Shown in pieces: positions 8,951 through 16,676 of a stretch of 27,414 nucleotides of DNA. The stretch is from Candidatus Thorarchaeota archaeon. Lineage in GTDB: Archaea > Asgardarchaeota > Thorarchaeia > Thorarchaeales > Thorarchaeaceae. The position numbers and the translations under genes were made by a program. Within the stretch, counting starts at the first letter, position 1. Every line of letters begins with the position of its first letter. The notes under the pieces are model-generated. The model saw nothing but the letters and a program-made list of their open reading frames with translations, had not been told where the DNA came from and did not search any database. The DNA is taken from contig DAOWNS010000001.1 of NCBI GenBank assembly GCA_030642465.1, forward strand, positions 1-27,414, read 5' to 3'.

Positions 8951-9664
8951 TTACTTTCCCTGGTTCCTGAGTAGATCACGTATCTCCCTTAGGACCAATA
9001 GTATCTCATCCTCAAGAGTACCCTCCGTCCTCGGAGCTGTTTCATCCACTGGGAAAACAACCTCTGTGCCGGTCACATAGGGGGTTGTGAACTTACGCAA
9101 CTCCATCAAAACGAAATCCCTGAGTTCCTCGTAGAATGTGATTCCTTCAAGCTTTTCTTCTGGACCTGACATCGTCTGCCCGGAGTGTCCTGCAGTTTCT
9201 ATCTCAACACTGCCAATTCCAAACCACCTGTCAAAAAGCCCGGCCCTGCTGGAGATATTGGTGATAGTTCTGAAGGGGACGTGTTTCCTTGTTTTGTTGA
9301 GGATTCCTTTTTGGACATATATCTCAGGGCTTGCTTCTCCTGTTTCGCCTAGGACTGAGTATTCAATCGAGTTGATGTAAATATGATAGTAGATCATTCC
9401 GGGGATGAGGATGGCTAATGCTATTGCCCAATACCATAGATTGAGCGGAATCCACCATAGGTCCATGAATGCTTGGTGTCCGGGAGGACCAGAAACCATG
9501 CCCGCAAATCCTATTATCCCTACAATTAGCGTGAGCCAAATCACCACAACTATGATTATTCCCTGCAACCACATCTTGTTACGGAATCGTACACTTGGGC
9601 GAAACCTGCGTCCGCCCATCATAGACTCAATTGGCGGTTTGATTACCTTGCCTTCTGTTCCCAT
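8951..9664 (-). CDS. Membrane protein with bPH_2 domain, paralog 2 of array
   Basis: 2 TM, then KHVPFRTITNIS...GLFDRWFGIGSVEIETAG. GGAGGT SD before ATG 9664. Confidence 0.88.
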   Translation of the reverse strand: MGTEGKVIKPPIESMMGGRRFRPSVRFRNKMWLQGIIIVVVIWLTLIVGIIGFAGMVSGPPGHQAFMDLWWIPLNLWYWAIALAILIPGMIYYHIYINSIEYSVLGETGEASPEIYVQKGILNKTRKHVPFRTITNISSRAGLFDRWFGIGSVEIETAGHSGQTMSGPEEKLEGITFYEELRDFVLMELRKFTTPYVTGTEVVFPVDETAPRTEGTLEDEILLVLREIRDLLRNQGK

Positions 9665-9665
9665 T

Positions 9666-10421
9666 TTACTGACCTCCATCGCCTAGTTTGCTCTCAAGTT
9701 TTCTCATTACATCTCTTATCTCCCGGAGAGTTATCAGCATCTCATCATCAAGACTGTCATCCATCCTTGGTACGGGCTCCTCTCGCGGGAGTACTACCTC
9801 GGTAGTAGTGACATAGGGGTCTCTGAACTTGCGTAGCTCGTTGAGGATGAAGTCCCTGACCTCCTCATAGAACCTGACGCCCTCAATCTTCTCTTCAGGC
9901 CCCATCATACTACCTGAATATCCTGCAGTTTCGATTAGGACATTGCCAATCCCAAAAAAGCGATCGAATGGTCCTGATGTACTAGAGATGTTAGTGATGG
10001 TCCTGAAGGGAACGTGCTTCTTTGTGATGTTGACAATGCCTTTCTTCACATAGATTTCTGGCATGGTTTCTCCTGATTCAGCAATCACAGAGTATTCATA
10101 CGACCGTATGTACAGGGGTATCAGCACCAATCCCGGTAACAACCAGATTGCGTTGAATATCCAGACTCCAAGATTGACCGGGATCCACCAACTGTTAATT
10201 ACTGTCCAATATTCCGCTACTGTCCATCCATGGTCATGGACTTCAAACAGGTACAACATTCCCATCCAAGATAGAACGATTACAGCCCAGAGCAAGATGG
10301 CAACGATGATCATCTGGACTATGTTCTTATTTCGCAATGCCTTGGAAGGTCTGAAGATCTTCCCGCTAACTACACTTTCGATTGGTGGCTTGATCACTTT
10401 TCCCTCATCTTTCATTCTCAT
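9666..10421 (-). CDS. Membrane protein with bPH_2 domain, paralog 1 of array
   Basis: 2 TM, then KHVPFRTITNIS...GPFDRFFGIGNVLIETAG. ATG overlaps the upstream stop (TGATG). Confidence 0.88.
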   Translation of the reverse strand: MRMKDEGKVIKPPIESVVSGKIFRPSKALRNKNIVQMIIVAILLWAVIVLSWMGMLYLFEVHDHGWTVAEYWTVINSWWIPVNLGVWIFNAIWLLPGLVLIPLYIRSYEYSVIAESGETMPEIYVKKGIVNITKKHVPFRTITNISSTSGPFDRFFGIGNVLIETAGYSGSMMGPEEKIEGVRFYEEVRDFILNELRKFRDPYVTTTEVVLPREEPVPRMDDSLDDEMLITLREIRDVMRKLESKLGDGGQ

Positions 10422-10978
10422 CACATTTCCTTTCTCTTGTAACGAGGAACTTCTTTGGCCGCGAGCTTGTTGAAGATTGCAATGGATTGCTTGGTCATGT
10501 ATAGCTGTTCTTCGTCTGGTCTCAGCTTGATGTCATACTCTTCCATGATTGTATCCAAAGATTCTCTGCATTCTGCTTCCTTAGGACACTCTGGACAAAG
10601 CTTACCTGCGTAAGAGTCGTGAGCGTACCAGACTATGACTCCGAGATCCATGGTGAAGACAATGTACACCTGAGCATTGGCTTGATAGTCAAAACCAATG
10701 AGCAATCCTTTGTAGTCCAAGAGGCTCTCAATGTCCAAGCGATGACTCGTAGCATGTTCTGTCAATGCCTTCGCAATCTTCTTTCGTGCACGGTTGAGCA
10801 CTCTCGATACATATCCTGCATCCTTGAAGGCAACCTTTGGATCGGGCTCTCCGAGAAGATTCAATACATACTGCGGGACGCTGCTTCTTCTCTCATATTC
10901 GCTCGCAATGCCACGTGTAGACTTCGCGTGCTGAAATTCCCACCAGACAATTGCTTCATGAGGTGACAGCAGTTCCAT
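10421..10978 (-). CDS. Putative transcriptional regulator: N-terminal HTH-like region + C-terminal CxxCx5C metal-binding motif
   Basis: YVSRVLNRARKKI resembles a sigma70-region-4/LuxR-type recognition helix; CPECPKEAEC. First gene of the bPH_2 operon. Confidence 0.6.
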   Translation of the reverse strand: MELLSPHEAIVWWEFQHAKSTRGIASEYERRSSVPQYVLNLLGEPDPKVAFKDAGYVSRVLNRARKKIAKALTEHATSHRLDIESLLDYKGLLIGFDYQANAQVYIVFTMDLGVIVWYAHDSYAGKLCPECPKEAECRESLDTIMEEYDIKLRPDEEQLYMTKQSIAIFNKLAAKEVPRYKRKEM

Positions 10979-11009
10979 TTTCTTTCCTCAGGTTTAGTAG
11001 GTAGAGAAT

Positions 11010-11018
11010 ATATATAAA
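11010..11018 (-). promoter_or_regulatory. Archaeal TATA box of the regulator-bPH_2 operon
   Basis: Minus strand reads TTTATATAT, about 32 nt upstream of ATG 10978, preceded by purine-rich GGTAAAAG (BRE-like). Confidence 0.7.
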
Positions 11019-11043
11019 CTTTTACCATAATCTGGTAAAAGTT
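11017..11043. promoter_or_regulatory. Perfect inverted repeat, candidate operator (AACTTTTACCA-TAATC-TGGTAAAAGTT)
   Basis: 11-bp arms are exact reverse complements with a 5-bp spacer; overlaps the BRE and TATA edge. Confidence 0.7.
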
Positions 11044-11298
11044 CTATGTCTCTCCTAGCGTAACCACAGGTCGGGATTGGCAATTGCTGGTCCTGGCCGC
11101 CATTTCACCTCAAAAAGCATTGATTTGGGAATGGATCGCTTTTAGGGGAAGCTTTCAGATGCGTCGAACAAATGATAGGCTAATGTCGTTACGTTCAACA
11201 AAAAGCATATCTTATGGGAAAACCATTCCCAATGTGAGGTTAACGCCTTTCAGACTAGTGTGCGCAGGCACAAACGCCAAGCAAGGATGGTGAAATGA

Positions 11299-11592
11299 AT
11301 GATGTCGTCTAATCTTCCAAAAAGTGCGCTTATAGTGCTGAAGGGTTTGACTGTTAGTGGCCCAATGAGCCCCAAGGACATCAGCGAGAAGACAAACCTC
11401 GCACCTCGAACAGTTAGCTTTGCCCTGCGTAGGCTTCTGGGTTGGAGGCTTTGCCGCAAGGTTCCCAACCTCAGCGACATGCGACAGCCCCTATACTTAG
11501 CTAATCGAGAGATGGCCAGAGACCTCCTCCGAAAATACGGCACGGATGGTAGTATGAGAACAGCTCCTGCAGGATTCGCGTATCGCCATTAA
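11299..11592 (+). CDS. Small winged-HTH (MarR/ArsR-like) transcriptional regulator
   Basis: GPMSPKDISEKTNLAPRTVSFALRRL helix-turn-helix followed by wing VPNLSDMRQPLY. Confidence 0.82.
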   Translation: MMSSNLPKSALIVLKGLTVSGPMSPKDISEKTNLAPRTVSFALRRLLGWRLCRKVPNLSDMRQPLYLANREMARDLLRKYGTDGSMRTAPAGFAYRH

Positions 11593-11648
11593 TGTCGACG
11601 GGTTCGGCTTCTTTTTTCAAAGAGAAGCGATGCCGTTTTCGCGAGCTT

Positions 11649-12410
11649 CTATTTTCGTGCCTTGATAATGAGGTTTCTGTGTTCTGTGCTTCCGAACGGA
11701 TTCCCCCCGTAGTCAGAGTACACCTCAAACTGACCAAAGCCTGCTGCACGTACGGCCTGAGTAAGGGAATCTTGATCGAGTTGAAGGACGCTCTGCGTGG
11801 ATATCGTGGTTGACCACCCCTCAGAACTCTTGACAAATGAGGTCAACACGAGAGTGGTTGATTCCTCGGGCTCAAGGTGACTAAAGAACCGGGCAAAGAT
11901 AACTTGGTCCCCCTCACTAGTGACCCCTCCTTTTGGCGGGAAAAACCTAGATTTGGTCTTCTTGATTTGCTCGAAATTCAGAACTTGAGCTACAAAGACA
12001 CCTTTAGAATTCAACCTAGAGTGCACTGCCGAGAGAAGTTTCTTCACCTCTAGTAGTGAGGGCACGAGGGCCAGAGAGTTTCCGAGGCAGACGATGAGGT
12101 CAAACTTCTCCTTCAGGACAGTTTTCAGATTCGTCATGTCTGCAACCATGAATCTTACTGCCACTCCGTTTTCAACTGCGAGTTCCTTGGCGGTCTGGAT
12201 CATGCTCGTACTACTATCGAATCCAACGACATCTGCACCCTTGAGAGCCAGTGCGACAGAGTGTCTTCCGCTCCCGCAAGCCATATCCAGAACTCTGTTA
12301 CCGCCTGATTCTGAGAGCGCGTCCTGAATGAACGGTAATTCACGTCTGAGTCTTGCATCCCAGTTGATGGCCCGGTCGTATACAAGACTAAGGTTGTCAA
12401 ACGAACTCAT
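11649..12410 (-). CDS. Class I SAM-dependent methyltransferase
   Basis: VLDMACGSGRH motif I, VGFDSS, ADM, FDLIVCLGNSL. Confidence 0.9.
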   Translation of the reverse strand: MSSFDNLSLVYDRAINWDARLRRELPFIQDALSESGGNRVLDMACGSGRHSVALALKGADVVGFDSSTSMIQTAKELAVENGVAVRFMVADMTNLKTVLKEKFDLIVCLGNSLALVPSLLEVKKLLSAVHSRLNSKGVFVAQVLNFEQIKKTKSRFFPPKGGVTSEGDQVIFARFFSHLEPEESTTLVLTSFVKSSEGWSTTISTQSVLQLDQDSLTQAVRAAGFGQFEVYSDYGGNPFGSTEHRNLIIKARK

Positions 12411-13231
12411 TGTTGTGTCATCTCATCAACATCTGATTCTAGGTCGTTGCGCGAATAGAGCATACGTCCTTCCATTCCTCCCGCAACGGTAAGTGTCTGT
12501 CCACTAATGTGCCCCGATAGCTTGTCCGAAGCAAGATAAAGAATAGCACCTGCAATGTCCTTAGGCACTGCAGTCTTTCGTAATGGTATCGTCTGCAAGA
12601 TTCGGGTCGCTCTATCGCTGTCAGCGAGAACCTCTTTAGACATGGGTGTCAGAGTCCAGCCGGGATTCACCAGATTGACCCTTCCGTATTTTGCGACATG
12701 CACTATCTCATTCTTGACGCTCATCATGAGTCCATGTAGGGCCGCTTTTGATGAGGCGTAGTCTGCAAACCAAGCTTCTCCGAATAATCCTGCTGTCGAG
12801 CCAATCAGAATGAGAGACGCGTGATCCCCTTGATTATTGACTAGGTTCTCAATGAAGTATTTTGAACAAAGAAACACGCCTGTGAGATTTACAGCCATTG
12901 TGCTTTGCCACTGTTTCAGGCTCATCTCGTGGATGGGAGCTGCCGCATGGTTGGCTACGCCTGCATTCGCTACCATTATGTCGATTCGTCCGAATGTATT
13001 TTGAGATTGTTCGAAAAGTGACCTCACCTCTGATTCTTCTCGCACATCGACCTTGATAACTGCAAGCTGCTTCTGCCAGTCCTCCCGAATCCCGTCAAGA
13101 TCATCTCGTGAATGGTTGTAAGTGGCAGTGACTTTCGCATCTTCTATCAAAAAAGCCCGCATCAATTCAAGACCGATGCCGCCAGAAGCTCCAGTTATCA
13201 AAACATGTTTGTTCTTCAGGCCGAGATCCAT
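12407..13231 (-). CDS. SDR family NAD(P)-dependent oxidoreductase
   Basis: TGASGGIG, NAG, catalytic YASSK, NPGWTLT. Stop overlaps the methyltransferase start (ATGA). Confidence 0.92.
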   Translation of the reverse strand: MDLGLKNKHVLITGASGGIGLELMRAFLIEDAKVTATYNHSRDDLDGIREDWQKQLAVIKVDVREESEVRSLFEQSQNTFGRIDIMVANAGVANHAAAPIHEMSLKQWQSTMAVNLTGVFLCSKYFIENLVNNQGDHASLILIGSTAGLFGEAWFADYASSKAALHGLMMSVKNEIVHVAKYGRVNLVNPGWTLTPMSKEVLADSDRATRILQTIPLRKTAVPKDIAGAILYLASDKLSGHISGQTLTVAGGMEGRMLYSRNDLESDVDEMTQQ

Positions 13232-13246
13232 GTCATTTCACGTCCA

Positions 13247-13687
13247 TCAGGGCGATTTACCATTGAGCGGCTCCATGAGAGCAAGCAGCGGGTTCAAAAT
13301 ACGATTTATCCTGAACCGCATTTGATGAGCAAGCTGTAGCAGCTCCCTTTCTCCTGCTTGCGTTATTTCGTAGCCTCGACGCTTTCTTCCCACTTCTTCT
13401 TGTGTTGACTTGACGAAACCCTGTTTCTCCAGGCGACGCAATTCCGTATAGACCGTGCCTGACTTCAGCTCCACTCTGCCATCAGTGAAATCCGATATGA
13501 CCTTCATCAGACTGTACCCAGTTGATTTTGGGTGCGCCTGAATGAAGGTGAGAAAGAGGGCTCTGACAATAGGCAGAGGCTCCAGTGCGCGGTGAGAGTT
13601 ATCGCTGGGCAATGCGTCATCCTCCTCTTCAATGGGGCTCCTCAAAGCACCATATGATTCTGTCACTCTTGCGTCTGGAGCATCCAC
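13247..13687 (-). CDS. PadR family transcriptional regulator with N-terminal extension
   Basis: TGYSLMK...SGTVYTELRRLEKQGFV...RKRRGYEITQAG. Confidence 0.88.
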   Translation of the reverse strand: MDAPDARVTESYGALRSPIEEEDDALPSDNSHRALEPLPIVRALFLTFIQAHPKSTGYSLMKVISDFTDGRVELKSGTVYTELRRLEKQGFVKSTQEEVGRKRRGYEITQAGERELLQLAHQMRFRINRILNPLLALMEPLNGKSP

Positions 13688-13702
13688 TCATCGTAGTTTC
13701 CT

Positions 13703-14194
13703 TCAAGGCGTACTCAAGAACACCACATTAGCAGCGGCGATGAATCCGCTCAGCAATAGAACTCCAATCCCAAGAACGATGTTTAGCATCAGCAGTGCTG
13801 CGTTTAGTTTCATTTTCTTGGGTTCAGGCATAGCCCTCTTAGGAACTACTATGCTTCTAACGAGCGAAATAATTACCATCAGGGCAATCATGAGGTGCTT
13901 GATGGTCAGCCAAGTTGAGAACTCGTTGCCCAAGCTGAGGGGACCCAAGTACAGGGGCGAGATTCTGCTGAGCATTATACCTGTTACTAACAGACCAATC
14001 ATTGATAGGTATGCTAGCATGCTTAGCCGCTTTCTGATAGCCTCAATCAGCTTCTTTGTTTCAGGACCTAGTCCTAGTGTCTTCTTTATGGTCGGTAATA
14101 TAACAAGCCCGAGGACAAGCATTCCGCCAATCCACGTCACGGTGAAAAGGTCGTGCAGGAAGCTTACCAATCCAAGTATTATCAGTTCTGCCAT
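13703..14194 (-). CDS. CopD/DUF4149-like 4-TM membrane protein
   Basis: FLHDLFTVTWIGG N-terminal signature, KH motif in TM3, four TM segments. ATG 14194 preferred. Confidence 0.7.
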   Translation of the reverse strand: MAELIILGLVSFLHDLFTVTWIGGMLVLGLVILPTIKKTLGLGPETKKLIEAIRKRLSMLAYLSMIGLLVTGIMLSRISPLYLGPLSLGNEFSTWLTIKHLMIALMVIISLVRSIVVPKRAMPEPKKMKLNAALLMLNIVLGIGVLLLSGFIAAANVVFLSTP

Positions 14195-14322
14195 TTGTAA
14201 GTAACCTCCAGTATGTAGATTCTGGATGTATAGCAAAGCGACATATAACTATAATACCTATAAGTCTTGCCAAAGATACACTAAGTGGAACACAGAACAC
14301 TTCTGTGATGGACTGTTGTGTT

Positions 14323-14811
14323 CTAGGATGCATCATCGACCTGCCAATTGATTCTATGGAATTTGTCCAGCAGTACCTTCGGCCAGGTTCCATTGGACCT
14401 GAGTTGCATGTCTGCGATGAGCACAACTGAGGTTTCTAGCTCCAAAACCTTGAGCCTTGGACAGAAGAACAATGGCGAGAGGTCAATCTGTTTGAACAGA
14501 TTACGGGTGAGGTAAATTTCCTCGAGATCGATGCAATGATTCAGAGGGGACAGGTCCAATTCATAAATGAGGTTCCGATCCAGTCGGAGTGCTTGAAGAC
14601 CGAGGCATTTCCTGAGAGGGCTTAGATCGACACTTTGGATCTTGTTGTTTCGGAGATTAAGCTCCTCCAGCTTCAAACACCAGATGAGTGGCGTGAGGTC
14701 TATCACAGCAATGTCGCGCAAATCAAGAAAGATGTCCTTAGAGTTGATGTCAAAGCTCTCATACTTGTGCAGACCTGTTGTGGTCATATAGTGGATGATA
14801 ACCTCGTCCAT
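14323..14811 (-). CDS. Leucine-rich repeat protein (~4 x 22-aa repeats)
   Basis: Repeats of LxxLxLxxNxIxxxDLSPLxxC. GGAGG upstream of ATG 14811. Confidence 0.88.
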   Translation of the reverse strand: MDEVIIHYMTTTGLHKYESFDINSKDIFLDLRDIAVIDLTPLIWCLKLEELNLRNNKIQSVDLSPLRKCLGLQALRLDRNLIYELDLSPLNHCIDLEEIYLTRNLFKQIDLSPLFFCPRLKVLELETSVVLIADMQLRSNGTWPKVLLDKFHRINWQVDDAS

Positions 14812-14999
14812 TTCCGGACGCCTCCAATATGCATGCAGTGCGGCAAATTTGAATTCACTCTCACTGGACAGTCTTTCAAGTGTAGCAAATCCTACCACTT
14901 AAGGCTTAGCAACAGTTGCGGGGAACTTGGACAAAGTTCCTGATAGTCTACTTCAAGAGTCTGGCTTTGACATGTAGTATCCCTGTTTGATTGCTTCTA

Positions 15000-15572
15000 C
15001 TAATCGTTGGTGTGACGCTCTTCCATCCAAGGGTCTGCCTTGTTATGATACCCTCTGACCTCCCAGAAACCCGGTTCATCTTTCTCTAAGAACGTCAAAC
15101 CGATGAGCCATTTCACGCTTTTGTACGCATAAATAGAGCTTACGACTGATCTGAGGGGGCCTCCATGTTGCTGTTCCAATTTTTCACCATTCCATTTGTA
15201 GGCGAGAATGCTATCATCCGCCAAGAACGCCTCAATTGCCGTGTTGCTCGTATAACCAGAGTGCGCAATCATGACAACGTGCTTTGCAGACTCTCTGACT
15301 TCTGCAATCTCATAGATGGTTTTGCCAGGCACGCCCTCCCATTCGTTATCCAGTCGGCTCCATCCGGTGACACAATGGAAATCGCTTGTGATCTTGTGCG
15401 ACGGAAATGCTAGGAACTCTTCCCATGTTAATTCCAGCGGGTTGTCTACCTCCCCTGTAACCTTGAACCGCCAAGTTTCGGGATTGAACTCCATTGGTCG
15501 CTCGACGTGGAGAATCGGGAATTTCTCCGTAACACGCTGACCTGGCGGGACTCTTTCCTTCTTCATTGCCAT
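15000..15572 (-). CDS. Sulfite oxidase-like molybdopterin-dependent oxidoreductase (cytoplasmic, single domain)
   Basis: PPGQ, DFHCVTGWS (Mo-ligand Cys), HGGPLR, YAYKSVKWL, GFWEVRGYH. Start ATG 15572 or 15566; no Tat motif seen. Confidence 0.88.
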   Translation of the reverse strand: MAMKKERVPPGQRVTEKFPILHVERPMEFNPETWRFKVTGEVDNPLELTWEEFLAFPSHKITSDFHCVTGWSRLDNEWEGVPGKTIYEIAEVRESAKHVVMIAHSGYTSNTAIEAFLADDSILAYKWNGEKLEQQHGGPLRSVVSSIYAYKSVKWLIGLTFLEKDEPGFWEVRGYHNKADPWMEERHTND

Positions 15573-15757
15573 CACCACTTTCAAATAATCTTGCGGGCGC
15601 ACTTATCGTGGGATTGACCGTGGTTGTTATCACCATTCCTATACTCCGAAAACGCTAGACTATATGGTGCCAAGTGGAAAGCCTTAAGGCCGGGAGTGAC
15701 CGCCCTCGCACTCGTTGCCAAGGCAATTCGCCTTGCATATAATGAAAAACGGAGTTT

Positions 15758-16195
15758 ATGTTAGAAATGGCAATTGAACCTCTCATGAATGCATTGAAGG
15801 CTATGTCCCCCGAGGTCCTAGCGGTAATGCTTGACACGCTACCGATTGAGTTCTCAGTAGTCGACGCAGATGACAATGTTCTCTTCTGGAATCAGCATGG
15901 CACTCGCATATTCAAGCGAGGACCTGGTGTCATAGGCAGAAACGTACGCATTTGTCATCCAAAAGGAAGCCTTGACAAGGTAGAGAAAGTTGTCAAGTAC
16001 TTGAAGAGTGGCAAGGGTGACCACGTCGCTTTCTGGATTGATCTGCCAGATGGAGAAACTACACGAAAGATACTCATAAGATACTTCGCCATGCGTGACA
16101 GCGAGGGAAAGTACCTAGGCACGCTAGAAGCCTCATTGAACCTAACCCCACTTCAGAAGATTGAAGGCGAGAGTCGACTAGCCGATTTCGAGTGA
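15758..16195 (+). CDS. Stand-alone PAS domain protein (PAS_10-like)
   Basis: LDTLPIEFSVVDADDNVLFWN, IGRNVRICHP, FWI, IRYFAMRDSEGKYLGTLE. Confidence 0.85.
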   Translation: MLEMAIEPLMNALKAMSPEVLAVMLDTLPIEFSVVDADDNVLFWNQHGTRIFKRGPGVIGRNVRICHPKGSLDKVEKVVKYLKSGKGDHVAFWIDLPDGETTRKILIRYFAMRDSEGKYLGTLEASLNLTPLQKIEGESRLADFE

Positions 16196-16239
16196 GTTGA
16201 ATCGAGCGACTTATTCGAGGTGTCGGATTCTCTATAAGG

Positions 16240-16599
16240 ATGCGCTTCATCCCAGCTCTTGTGCCTATAGAGAAGGACTACCGTGACTCTTGGAAAGTCA
16301 CCGAAGCGCACAATGGACACGCTGTATGGACCACACACCGTCGGGAAGATGGAGTGATTCATGGCACAACAGTTGGAGTACACATAGAGTTGTGCGTCGG
16401 ATGCATGAAGTGTATCACAGCATGTCCAACAGATGTATTCGCTGCTTGGGTTGACAGCACTGGTCGCAATGTGGTAGATCCCGTGCGCGAAAGCGAGTGT
16501 ATACTTTGTCTGGTCTGTGAGATGGTTTGTCCGACAGATGCCATCAGCATCACAAAAGCGGGAGGATCCGAAGACACTCTGAAGTCGTTGCTTGAGTGA
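16240..16599 (+). CDS. 2[4Fe-4S] ferredoxin with N-terminal extension
   Basis: CVGCMKCITACP and CILCLVCEMVCP. Confidence 0.9.
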   Translation: MRFIPALVPIEKDYRDSWKVTEAHNGHAVWTTHRREDGVIHGTTVGVHIELCVGCMKCITACPTDVFAAWVDSTGRNVVDPVRESECILCLVCEMVCPTDAISITKAGGSEDTLKSLLE

Positions 16600-16676
16600 T
16601 GTTGTCAACTCCCCGATTCTTGTTAGCAGCATACTCTTATGGTACGGCGCATAAGGTTACTCCCTGAGAGGTATGA

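Noticed and set aside
11044-11298. Possible ncRNA or small gene (11084..11293) in the long spacer
   Set aside because: No recognisable RNA fold, protein motif or convincing start signal.
15641-15757. Moco riboswitch as a firm feature
   Set aside because: Only short stems; the tetraloop-receptor-like pieces are in atypical order and imperfect; CTTAAG within it is more simply a promoter element.
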